A stretch of DNA of 64,000 bases from a virus. The position numbers and the translations under genes were made by a program. A model generated the notes under the pieces. That model did no database searches. It had not been told where the DNA came from and was given only the letters and a program-made list of their open reading frames with translations. The stretch's first letter is position 1, and every line of letters begins with the position of its first letter. The stretch covers positions 1-64,000 of the IMG/VR virus record IMGVR_UViG_3300023276_000007. One strand, given 5' to 3'. Of the stretch, positions 36,596 through 45,730 are shown piece after piece.

Positions 36596-37114
36596 ATGGC
36601 TAAAGGTCATTTTAACGTACTAAAAGGGGCTTATCCTTCTTTAGTGCAATTGGATAAAACCCTCAAGGTTAATGACGCTGTCACTAACCTTGTTAGAGGT
36701 AATTCCCTTCGAGTTGATACATCTGATAACACTTGGCTTAAGACTGCAGATGATGCAGCGTCTAAGGGTGCCGCTGGTACTCCTGGACCAATCATCTATT
36801 TTGCACTCCAAGACCAAGATCAAACAGATGTTGAGATGGCAGGCGCATTGACTGCACTTTCTTGCACAATGCCTATGGAAGTTGAAACGGATCAGTATAA
36901 CGGAACTCCTGCTTTAGGCGCACTACTTGTTGGTGGACTTGACGGTAAAGTTCAGGCTCATGCTGATGGAGAGACTGCGTGTGGCGTAGTTACTAAAGCT
37001 GAGTACCGTCGTTTTATCAACGATAAGACGGTCAGCGGAACTAGCACTAAAGGTGGATTCGGTATGGTATTAGGTTTTGCCACTATCTACTCACCTGACA
37101 TCGACGGAGTATAA
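36596..37114 (+). CDS. putative capsid decoration/cement protein
   Basis: 172-aa beta-rich protein directly upstream of the major capsid gene; GAGGT RBS. Confidence 0.55.
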   Translation: MAKGHFNVLKGAYPSLVQLDKTLKVNDAVTNLVRGNSLRVDTSDNTWLKTADDAASKGAAGTPGPIIYFALQDQDQTDVEMAGALTALSCTMPMEVETDQYNGTPALGALLVGGLDGKVQAHADGETACGVVTKAEYRRFINDKTVSGTSTKGGFGMVLGFATIYSPDIDGV

Positions 37115-37116
37115 TC

Positions 37117-38172
37117 ATGAGCGATAACATTCCAGTTTCAGTAATGAACAACAAAATTATGGAAGCGTTTAACGAAGGTAGCGATACCTCAATCAAGAAG
37201 GCACAAAGTGCCGCGACTGGTTTTACACGCATTCAGGTCCGTGAAGATTCTTTTACTTATAAGATCCTTCCTCCGGAAAAAGCTACAGATGACATTCTTA
37301 ATGTCTCTCTTGATAATGACATGCCTTCAGTTATTTGGGAAATCGAGCCAGATTCTCCAGGAGCTAAATGGGTACCACTTCAGTCTATTCCTGAAGGTGA
37401 GTATATCCAGGGTCGTCGTTACTTGATTCCTATGGCACGTATCGTTACTCCTAAGTTTACTAAGGACATCGACGAATTGCGTACCTACAGAATGGACCTT
37501 CGTAAAGTCCTTACTGACAACGCTATCAAAGACGGTCTCGCTGAGATTGACGGTAAGTGGATCGAAACCTGTGACGGTATCGTAATCGACCTTATGTGGT
37601 TGAACACTGCTACTGGCGCAACGACTGCTACAGTCTATGACCCAGATGCTGACACTTATACTGTTGCTAACCCTTACGCTGGTGACGGTGTTGCGGTTCA
37701 GACTCTTACAGGTAAAGTTCAGTACCGCAGATTCTCTGCTGGTCTTGACAGATCTGATATCGCCGAAGCTAAGAAGATGATGCCTTCTGGTTCACTCTTC
37801 CCAGGTTTCGAAGATAAGTTCCGTCTACGTAACTACCTAATGCTTATGAACGATGTTACTGCTCAGGACTTCCTGAAGTATCGTCGTGAAGACGCCGGTG
37901 GTGATCTATCTCAAGAATTGTTCGAGAACGGACTTACTCTTGAAAAGATCATGGGTATGAAGACCATTTACACTATTAAGGGCGGTATCGTTCCTGATGG
38001 TGTGGTTTATTTCTTCGCAGCTCCAGAGTTCCTTGGTAAGTTTTTCTATCTTACTGATTGGACTATGTACATGAAGAAAGAAGCTTACTTCATTGAATGC
38101 TTCGCTTACTGGCTTGGTGGATTCGCCATCGGTAACGTAGCTGCTGTCTGTCGTGCTGACTTTGTTGACTAA
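37117..38172 (+). CDS. major capsid protein (HK97 fold)
   Basis: 351 aa, strongly biased codon usage, followed by a strong terminator; position after protease/scaffold; IKKA near residue 28. Confidence 0.8.
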   Translation: MSDNIPVSVMNNKIMEAFNEGSDTSIKKAQSAATGFTRIQVREDSFTYKILPPEKATDDILNVSLDNDMPSVIWEIEPDSPGAKWVPLQSIPEGEYIQGRRYLIPMARIVTPKFTKDIDELRTYRMDLRKVLTDNAIKDGLAEIDGKWIETCDGIVIDLMWLNTATGATTATVYDPDADTYTVANPYAGDGVAVQTLTGKVQYRRFSAGLDRSDIAEAKKMMPSGSLFPGFEDKFRLRNYLMLMNDVTAQDFLKYRREDAGGDLSQELFENGLTLEKIMGMKTIYTIKGGIVPDGVVYFFAAPEFLGKFFYLTDWTMYMKKEAYFIECFAYWLGGFAIGNVAAVCRADFVD

Positions 38173-38214
38173 AGAAGTTAACAAGTCCAGCAGCCCTATA
38201 GGCAGCTAGTTCTT

Positions 38215-38253
38215 AGGGGCGTCTGGTGATTGTAACCGACGCCCCTTTTTTTT
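38215..38253 (+). terminator. intrinsic terminator
   Basis: AGGGGCGTC...GACGCCCC followed by T8. Confidence 0.85.
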
Positions 38254-38281
38254 ATAACTCCTTACTTATAGGATAAAGCAA

Positions 38282-39160
38282 ATGATCGACGTAGAAAATC
38301 AGAACTGGATGGAAGGCTTTGTAAAAGAAAGCGCGAACTACGGGCTCAACCCAGACCAGACAAAAGAATTATTGGCGAATGCCACACATTTTCATATGTA
38401 TAAAGAAAGCGAAGCATATCGCGACGGTTTCGATAAAGAAGCTCAAAGATTTGGCGGACTAGGTAAAGCTCTTAAGGGTTTATTTGGTAAAGGCAAAGCT
38501 AAAGCTCCTAAAGTTAACTCTCCCAAGCTAGGACCTGTCAAGCCATTAGGCGGCAAGGCACCTAGAGTTCCAGCAACAGGCGCAGGAGCCGCAGCAGCAG
38601 GTATGGGCGCTATTAAGCCGATAGGTACTACAGCAGCTAAGGCAAAGGCAACAGCCGGAGCAGGTGCCGCAGCAGGCGCAGGTAAGAAGATGAAAGTTAA
38701 CTCTGAAAGTCTCAATAAGGCCAAAGACACCGCAGCCGCTTCAAGAGGGGCAGGTAGTAAGAGTACTAATAGCCAGAAGTCCACTACACCTAAAGATACT
38801 GCCGGCGAAACAGCAGCAGCAGGCGCAGAACAGTCTAAAGGATTCTTCAGTGGTACAGGAAGCGGCCTCAAAACTATGGGTACACTAGGACTAGGCGGTG
38901 CAGGCATGTATGGCCTTGGTAAAGCTCAAGAAGGTATTGAGAACCTTAGTAAAGGTGAAGACGAACTTGCTATGCAAAGTATCATGGAAGGCGGTGGTAG
39001 CGAATCATCCAAGATGCGCCAAATGCAGATGATGCTTAAACAAAAAGCTCAACGTGACTTTAACGCAGCTAGAGACACTTATGGCTTTGGTAAGGACAAA
39101 GGCGGCGGCGGTAGAAACTTCTACGGTATGAAGGACATCTACTCTGGCGCAGGAATGTAA
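38282..39160 (+). CDS. GF-leader Lys/Ala/Gly-rich putative virion protein
   Basis: WMEGFVKESANYGLNP and AYRDGFDKEA, then QRFGGLGKALKGLFGKGK. Confidence 0.7.
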   Translation: MIDVENQNWMEGFVKESANYGLNPDQTKELLANATHFHMYKESEAYRDGFDKEAQRFGGLGKALKGLFGKGKAKAPKVNSPKLGPVKPLGGKAPRVPATGAGAAAAGMGAIKPIGTTAAKAKATAGAGAAAGAGKKMKVNSESLNKAKDTAAASRGAGSKSTNSQKSTTPKDTAGETAAAGAEQSKGFFSGTGSGLKTMGTLGLGGAGMYGLGKAQEGIENLSKGEDELAMQSIMEGGGSESSKMRQMQMMLKQKAQRDFNAARDTYGFGKDKGGGGRNFYGMKDIYSGAGM

Positions 39161-39169
39161 GGTACTATT

Positions 39170-39505
39170 ATGGATGAACATTGGTTACAAGGATTCATGC
39201 ACAGAGCCGAAGAGAGAGGGGTGGCACCCTCTGTCGCACAATCCCTGCTTAAAAAAGCAGGTTTAGGCGGCAGTCTTAAAACCTTAGGTACGTTAGGCCT
39301 AGGCGGAGCAGGTGCGTTAGGCGGACTAGCTCTAAAGGATACTATTGAAGACGTACAAAAGTCAGACAGTCAGGTAGATCTAGAACGGATGTTAGAGCAG
39401 ACGCAAAGTATGTCTGAAGGTTCTAGAGACGCATATATAGCTAATTACCTGAAAGACTTAATGAAGCGTAGACACGACAACGCTAAAGACATTTATAATC
39501 TATAA
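39170..39505 (+). CDS. GF-leader protein, short paralogue of 38282
   Basis: WLQGFMHRAEERGVAP...LKKA; shares LKT.GTLGLGGAG with 38282. Confidence 0.7.
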   Translation: MDEHWLQGFMHRAEERGVAPSVAQSLLKKAGLGGSLKTLGTLGLGGAGALGGLALKDTIEDVQKSDSQVDLERMLEQTQSMSEGSRDAYIANYLKDLMKRRHDNAKDIYNL

Positions 39506-39517
39506 GGGGTATTAGTA

Positions 39518-39952
39518 ATGGCTGACACACCGCAAGGAAATCCTGGGTTCATATCCGAAATGGATATAAGAATCTGGTTACGTGATACAGATCCGGAAGC
39601 GAACACGTTGTTACTTGACTTAGAGTTCAGCCCTGAAGAGATCCGTACAGCGCAGACCTTTGCTGTGGACCGATGGAATGAGACACCTCCTTTCGTCGCT
39701 CGGTATAGCGTTGCCACATTCCCATGGCGCTGGAACCTACTAAGAGGCACTGTAGCTAACCTGCTAACAATAGCAGGGCATCGCTACCGTAGGAACCACC
39801 TAAACTATAACGTACCAGGTGGTGCTATTAACGATCAAGATAAAGCTCCGGCATATGATGCTGCCGCTGCTAAACTATCCGCAGAGTATGGTCAGTTCAT
39901 TCATGATAAGAAGATCGAACTTAACATCGAAGGCGGATGGGGGTGGACTTAA
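39518..39952 (+). CDS. putative head-tail adaptor
   Basis: Helical 144-aa protein at the neck position; YNVPGGAIND.DK. Confidence 0.55.
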   Translation: MADTPQGNPGFISEMDIRIWLRDTDPEANTLLLDLEFSPEEIRTAQTFAVDRWNETPPFVARYSVATFPWRWNLLRGTVANLLTIAGHRYRRNHLNYNVPGGAINDQDKAPAYDAAAAKLSAEYGQFIHDKKIELNIEGGWGWT

Positions 39953-40746
39953 TGCCAGAAGTCACCTGCGATATCTTTCAACAATTTGACATATTTCCGA
40001 ATTACTATGGTGGTTTTACTTTCGGATGGTTACTTAAAAAGCAGGCTGAGGTTCCTCAGCCTTTGGTGTTTAACGTACAGTACTCTCCAACAGGCCTAAG
40101 CGATTGGGAAGATCACTCCCCCGCTGTAGAGGGTTACACTTGGGCAGAAGAATGCCGTAACCGTAAAAATAAAAATAACAATTTATTCTTCAGGGTTAAA
40201 GCAACCTTCGGGGAAGACAACGACGTATGCTACTCTGATGTACAGACAGCCTTTGGTGGTCAAGAGTTAAAGGCGTATGCCTACTCTAAAGAAATCATGC
40301 GTAAAGAAGTCCTACAGATGAGAGGGCTTGCTGGCGTTGAGATAAACATTTTCAAGAAGATGCATAAGGGTGAAGAGTGTACAGAATGCTTAGACCCTAT
40401 CACTAAGAAGGTTATGGACCCTACCTGTGAGGTCTGTGGTGGAACTGGATTCCTCGATGGTTGGTACGGGCCTTTCCCTGCATTCGGAACTTTTAGCGTA
40501 AGAACTATACATAAGAAGCATGCCAAAGATGGCGCTTTCGTAGAAGACGATAGAGGACATAAGATAAGATTAGTTGGCAGTCCTTTATTACTTCGTGACG
40601 ATATGATAGTGGACACGACTAATAACCTACGTTATATTGCTAACATAATCAGTAACTTAACTGAATTAAGAAGGATTGCCGTAATCCAAGAAATAACAGC
40701 CAATGAGCTGGAGACTTCGGATATAAGATATAGCGTAGGTATATAA
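39952..40746 (+). CDS. putative neck/head-closure protein
   Basis: TAATG-coupled start; CTEC...CEVCGGTGF Zn motif seen in phage neck proteins. Confidence 0.55.
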   Translation: MPEVTCDIFQQFDIFPNYYGGFTFGWLLKKQAEVPQPLVFNVQYSPTGLSDWEDHSPAVEGYTWAEECRNRKNKNNNLFFRVKATFGEDNDVCYSDVQTAFGGQELKAYAYSKEIMRKEVLQMRGLAGVEINIFKKMHKGEECTECLDPITKKVMDPTCEVCGGTGFLDGWYGPFPAFGTFSVRTIHKKHAKDGAFVEDDRGHKIRLVGSPLLLRDDMIVDTTNNLRYIANIISNLTELRRIAVIQEITANELETSDIRYSVGI

Positions 40747-41459
40747 TGAGCAAATCAGTAGAAAGACTTAACCTGGAAGATCAGCAGGCAGAATCACGGC
40801 TTAAAGACCCTACGCAGGTTAAGCCGTTGGAAACTATTGCTACCTACTTTCAGATGCGCCGCGACCCAGTAGTTCTTGAGGGAGGATTCCTGGAGATACT
40901 CCGCGCCATGTACAGTTTTGAGGATAACCTGTTACACCACACTAAACCATGGGACCCTTCCGGTAAAACGAAAGGCTCTCCATATATAGACGTGGATAGC
41001 ACCTGGGAAGACTCAGAAAACAACCCATACCCTATGGTGATCGTTGCCTTAGGGGATTTAAAATACTCAACTCAAGGTGTGCAAGGCTTAGGTGATAATG
41101 CCGGCTATAATCTAGAGGAAGGTATACAATATCAGGCTCGTGTAGTTAACGGGACTGTAACATTCAATCACATTGGAAAATCAAAATCGCAAGTTCTTTC
41201 ATATCAGGCGTCTACGTTAGATATGGTTGACTCTTTTGCGGAGATGATTAAGAGGGACTTATGTTTTGAAAAATTTGATGTGACTGATATATTTAAACCA
41301 AGGCAGCGTAAAGACCAACCACGTGAGTGGGAAGCCGGTGTTAGATCGCAGTTCAGGTTCCAGGAATTCTTTGGTAATAAGCAGGAATCACCTAAACTTA
41401 AACAAATGTCTATTAAGATGAAATCTGGTTTAGACCAAAGATTCAAAATGGTACAATAA
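40746..41459 (+). CDS. putative tail terminator/completion protein
   Basis: Position immediately before the sheath; YPMVIV-type motif. Confidence 0.5.
   Translation: MSKSVERLNLEDQQAESRLKDPTQVKPLETIATYFQMRRDPVVLEGGFLEILRAMYSFEDNLLHHTKPWDPSGKTKGSPYIDVDSTWEDSENNPYPMVIVALGDLKYSTQGVQGLGDNAGYNLEEGIQYQARVVNGTVTFNHIGKSKSQVLSYQASTLDMVDSFAEMIKRDLCFEKFDVTDIFKPRQRKDQPREWEAGVRSQFRFQEFFGNKQESPKLKQMSIKMKSGLDQRFKMVQ
41449..41457 (+). promoter_or_regulatory. candidate extended -10 promoter for the sheath-tube genes
   Basis: TGgTACAAT about 20 nt upstream of the sheath GTG. Confidence 0.3.
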
Positions 41460-41476
41460 ACTAAGGAGACAGTACA

Positions 41477-44400
41477 GTGACTTATGTAAAGCCACAAGTT
41501 AAAGTATTTCAAGAGTTTCAAGCCGCTCCGGAAGCTGTCGTTCAGAACCTGAACGCGTTCGTATTCGGACCGCACTATCAACTCTTTAGATACGCAGAAT
41601 CCTCTGAGAAAGCTTTAGTTAGCTTAGGGGATTATGATAAAGATAACGACACAGATTACTTGTGGCCTAATCAGCCGGCATTGTCTGTCGTTGACCAATC
41701 TTTCACCAAACTTTACGCAGACGATGCGCTTTTAAAGTATATCAGCTTTGCTGAGTCAGCGGTTAACCCGTTGGTTCTTACAAGTGCTAGTGTACGGAAT
41801 AAGCTTAGAGCTGCTCCAAGAATAGGTGCTACTACCTCTGCGGGTAACATTGACGTCACAGTCAGTGGTGTTCACAATGGTGGCGCAAATCTTCCGGAGA
41901 GCTATTACGTCTATCCTGCAGAAAGTTTCATTATCGGCTCAGCAGCCGGTGAATTAAATTATATTACGACTGACGGACTTAAAGGATCTATTGCAGTTCC
42001 TGCAGATGCTACGTTAGCTAACAAGGTTGTAGAAGGCCCGGACGGAGTCGCTTTAGACTTTGACCTTACTGGATTGGCAGTTAACGCTCCAAGACAGATT
42101 GTCGTGGCAGGTGCTTCATCAAGCTTCACACTTACACAGTTGAAGAGCAGAATACCTTCACACATTGCAGATGCAGAAGCAGCCGACGCTCTTAGAGTAA
42201 CGGTAGCAGATGCAGCACTCTCGGTTACATATAACCCAGGAACAAGCAATGAACTCTCTGTCAGCTTCGACATTGGCGGCGGTGGTGACTCAGTCGCTGC
42301 GGCTAGAGCTGCTGTTGTTGCAGTTACAGACATTCTCGAAGATTGGGAAGTAAGTGATATCTCTGGCGACGGACTCGATGCAGTTACTACTGTAGAAGAC
42401 CAAGACGCTGCAGACCTTGTTGCTGCCACTACTAACATCTTAGATGATTATGCGTTCTACACAGTATTCGCTAACTCAATTATCTTTAAGACTGAGAATG
42501 GGTTCAACCGTTCAGCTGGTCTTTTCAAAGACGTCGAAGTCGGTGACAGAATACGTCACGTCGTAACTCCAGTCAGCACAGGTGTCCCTGAAGAAGTCTT
42601 CAGCACAGTTGTTGGTTTCGAGCCAGACATCCTTAACGCTACAGTTTCTGACCAAACACCTGCCGACGACAACGCAGAGAACCAACTAAGCACAGATTTA
42701 AGTGCTGGTGATTCTTCCGTCCTAGCTGGTGGTGGTGATAATCAGAACACTGGACTTCTTGTAGGCGGTAACGCAGCAATCTATCTTCTCGATCAGACTG
42801 CTACTTACGATGACGCTTTCGGAGATCAATCACAAGGTGTAAGCGATCTAGACATCACAGTTACGATCGTAGCAGGCGGAGTTGCCACTAGTGGTAATGT
42901 CACTGCTAACGTCTCTAATGCTTCAGGAACGTACAACCGTACAGGTGTTCCAATAGTTGCAGATGCTAACTACCCTGATGGTAGTATCTATATCGGTAGC
43001 AACATGGTTCTCGCCTTTGACGCTACAGGTGATACTTCTGGATCAGGCGGTGGACCTGACAGAGAATTCAAAGCTGGTGACAGTTATGAAGTATCTGGAG
43101 TCCTTACCCCAGTTAACGCTGTTAACAATCTTATTGTCGAGGGTTCTTACTCTGGTCAGCAAGATACTACTTACAGACTAGAAGTTGTTCGTGGCGGACT
43201 TTTCGATAGAACAGTTGTTGCTCAGCCAGGTGTTAACTACTTCGGTAGAGGCCATAACGCTGTCTACGCTAATACAGTTATTACTTCTGCAGGTCAGCCT
43301 GCTGATACAGAAACCCTCACATTAAATGATGGGTTTAACAGTGTTGTCTTCGAGTTCGATAACAATGCTACTGTTTCTGGTACTAACGTTGCTGTAGTTA
43401 TCGGTGGAACTGCCGCAGACACACTAACTAACTTACTAGCAGCTATCCAAGGAAGTTCTCTTGATGCTCAGGCAATCGAGACTGTCTCTGGTACTGAGAT
43501 CACAGTTACGTCTAACAACCTAGCTAACGACCTCACTTCTGCAGGAACACCAACTAACTACTCTACAGTAGATACCGCACTATCAACTCCGACAGCCTCT
43601 ACGGTTATCGCAGCAGTAGTCGACATCTCTCAGTGGACTGGTGGTGATCTTGATGACGAGTATCGTCTAGTTGTTACTAAAGCAGGTGGTAACCTTGTTT
43701 CGACTGAGTTCGCTCTTGAGTCTAACGCTGGTGATAACCAGAACGGTATTTCCTTCCCAGCCTTCGCTACATCTGTAGACGTCGGTATCAAAGGACTTGC
43801 AATCACTCTTACTGATGGTGGCGCTGTTAACCCAGCCTTCGCTGTAGGTGAGACTTTCGTTCTAGACTTGAGACTCTCAAGACCTAAGCTTAAGATTACA
43901 GACTCTGCAGGTATCGATCAGCAGACTAACGTTGTAGTTGCAGATGGTGACATCATTAACGTCGGACTTAACGGCGTAACTGTTGAATTCCCTTCTAACA
44001 CCAACTCTAACGGTGGAATCGACATTAACGGCGGACTAAGCTTAGGCGACGTCTGGACTATTGAAGCTACTGCAAAAGCAAACGGACCTCTTAAGACTCT
44101 TGTTCTTAGTGAGCCTGTTTCTGATAACGTCGCAGCTGCAATCGACTCAGCAGGAGTTCCGGTACCAATACCTGACCTTTTCGCTATCGACCTGTTCTTG
44201 TTTAGCAACTCAGTCACTATCCCAAGTGAGCAGCGTGATCCTAACGTAGCCGCTGGTTTCTTTAACTGGCAAGGTATTGCAGCAAGCTTGACATCTAACT
44301 CTGGAATAACACTCCAGGATAGCAGATGGGTAGACCCAAGTGACAGTTCTATGCCTTACCTTGAATTATGGCAAGGTTCACTTTATGTAGAGTACAGAGC

Positions 44401-45715
44401 ATTACTCAGAGAGTATACTAGCTCAATCTTCTCTATATCTAACATTGACGATGTGGTCAGTTCACTCGGTCCAATTGTTCCAGACAACCCACTAGCTCTA
44501 GGTGTTTACAAAGCACTACAGAACAGTGCAGATGCTACCGTGTATTTCATGGGAGTTGAATCTGATGATGTTGCTGGATACTCTAAGGTCCTAAGTAAAG
44601 CTACTCTTTCTGATAAGCTTTACAGTCTCGTACCTCTTACGTTCGACGATACAATCCACGGATTGGTTGATGCGCATGTTGACGAGATGTCCACAGAAAA
44701 TCGTAAGAGATGGAGAATAGCATTCCTCGCAGCTGAGACCAGCTTCGAAAACGCAATCCTTTGGGGTGGTAACCATCCTACTAATGGAGTGTGGAACGCT
44801 ACTATCACTGACGATACACGAGCTGTCGGTACTCAATACACAAGAGTTGAGTTCACAGAGTTCGCAAACCTACTAGGTACTGTTGCAGTTGGCGATGAAA
44901 TTCGTTTCAACTTCGATATCGATGCTTGGGGTAACGAGACTCACACGTCAGCTGTCGTAGCAGAATTGGAAAGTAATCAGGTTCTTTACCTCGATGCCGC
45001 CCAGCCAGCCGCGATCACAACTGCAGTGAAGATGGAAATTTACCATCCTCTAAGCACAAGTGAGCAGGCTTCTAAACTTGCAGAAACTTCCGCAGCTTAC
45101 GCCGACAGAAGAATGTATGCAGTTTACCCAGACGTACTGTTTAACGAAGGCGTTGCAGAACCAGGATACTTCGCAGCAGCGGGTGTAGCCGGGTTAGCAA
45201 GCTCAGTAGTTCCTCAGCAAGGGTTAACAAACACTGAAGTAGCAGGGTTCGATGACGTTCCAGCTATCTACAGCATCTTTAGTGAAGATGACCTTAACAC
45301 TATGGCCGAGGGTGGTACATTGATCGTAGCTCAAGAGCTACCAGGTGGTCCGGTATTTATCCGTCACCAGATCTCTACCAACCAACGTAGCGGTGTTCTT
45401 GCTAAGACTGAATTGTCAATGGTTAAAAACTTTGACTCCATCAGTTACTACTTCGCTAACAAACTGTCCCCTTACATTGGTAAGTATAACGTAACTCCAG
45501 CACTTGTTGACCACCTCCGCACAGAGATTCTGTCTGGTATCAACTTCTTGAGTTCATTTACAGGTGTAGGTCTTCTTAGCCCGCAGGTCATTAAGGAAAA
45601 CAGTGAGATAGTTCTCATTCAGCAGCACCCAACGCTCGCTGATACGATTATCGCCAATGTGAACCTGAACTTACCAGCGCCGCTTAACGTAATCGAACTA
45701 CACTTAGTAGTATAA
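41477..45715 (+). CDS. contractile tail sheath protein with large inserted domains
   Basis: N-terminal YVKPQVKVFQEF and C-terminal sheath core (AAGVAGL, LNTMAEGG, ELSMVKNFD, YIGKYN, PAPLNVIELHLVV); AAGGAG RBS, GTG start. Confidence 0.88.
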   Translation: MTYVKPQVKVFQEFQAAPEAVVQNLNAFVFGPHYQLFRYAESSEKALVSLGDYDKDNDTDYLWPNQPALSVVDQSFTKLYADDALLKYISFAESAVNPLVLTSASVRNKLRAAPRIGATTSAGNIDVTVSGVHNGGANLPESYYVYPAESFIIGSAAGELNYITTDGLKGSIAVPADATLANKVVEGPDGVALDFDLTGLAVNAPRQIVVAGASSSFTLTQLKSRIPSHIADAEAADALRVTVADAALSVTYNPGTSNELSVSFDIGGGGDSVAAARAAVVAVTDILEDWEVSDISGDGLDAVTTVEDQDAADLVAATTNILDDYAFYTVFANSIIFKTENGFNRSAGLFKDVEVGDRIRHVVTPVSTGVPEEVFSTVVGFEPDILNATVSDQTPADDNAENQLSTDLSAGDSSVLAGGGDNQNTGLLVGGNAAIYLLDQTATYDDAFGDQSQGVSDLDITVTIVAGGVATSGNVTANVSNASGTYNRTGVPIVADANYPDGSIYIGSNMVLAFDATGDTSGSGGGPDREFKAGDSYEVSGVLTPVNAVNNLIVEGSYSGQQDTTYRLEVVRGGLFDRTVVAQPGVNYFGRGHNAVYANTVITSAGQPADTETLTLNDGFNSVVFEFDNNATVSGTNVAVVIGGTAADTLTNLLAAIQGSSLDAQAIETVSGTEITVTSNNLANDLTSAGTPTNYSTVDTALSTPTASTVIAAVVDISQWTGGDLDDEYRLVVTKAGGNLVSTEFALESNAGDNQNGISFPAFATSVDVGIKGLAITLTDGGAVNPAFAVGETFVLDLRLSRPKLKITDSAGIDQQTNVVVADGDIINVGLNGVTVEFPSNTNSNGGIDINGGLSLGDVWTIEATAKANGPLKTLVLSEPVSDNVAAAIDSAGVPVPIPDLFAIDLFLFSNSVTIPSEQRDPNVAAGFFNWQGIAASLTSNSGITLQDSRWVDPSDSSMPYLELWQGSLYVEYRALLREYTSSIFSISNIDDVVSSLGPIVPDNPLALGVYKALQNSADATVYFMGVESDDVAGYSKVLSKATLSDKLYSLVPLTFDDTIHGLVDAHVDEMSTENRKRWRIAFLAAETSFENAILWGGNHPTNGVWNATITDDTRAVGTQYTRVEFTEFANLLGTVAVGDEIRFNFDIDAWGNETHTSAVVAELESNQVLYLDAAQPAAITTAVKMEIYHPLSTSEQASKLAETSAAYADRRMYAVYPDVLFNEGVAEPGYFAAAGVAGLASSVVPQQGLTNTEVAGFDDVPAIYSIFSEDDLNTMAEGGTLIVAQELPGGPVFIRHQISTNQRSGVLAKTELSMVKNFDSISYYFANKLSPYIGKYNVTPALVDHLRTEILSGINFLSSFTGVGLLSPQVIKENSEIVLIQQHPTLADTIIANVNLNLPAPLNVIELHLVV

Positions 45716-45730
45716 GGAGAGGTATTAACA

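Noticed and set aside
13208-39505. Bacteriocin/RiPP gene cluster for the leader + glycine-rich peptides
   Set aside because: No double-glycine leader, ABC/C39 exporter, modification or immunity genes; the same K-x-A motif marks scaffold, protease and capsid.
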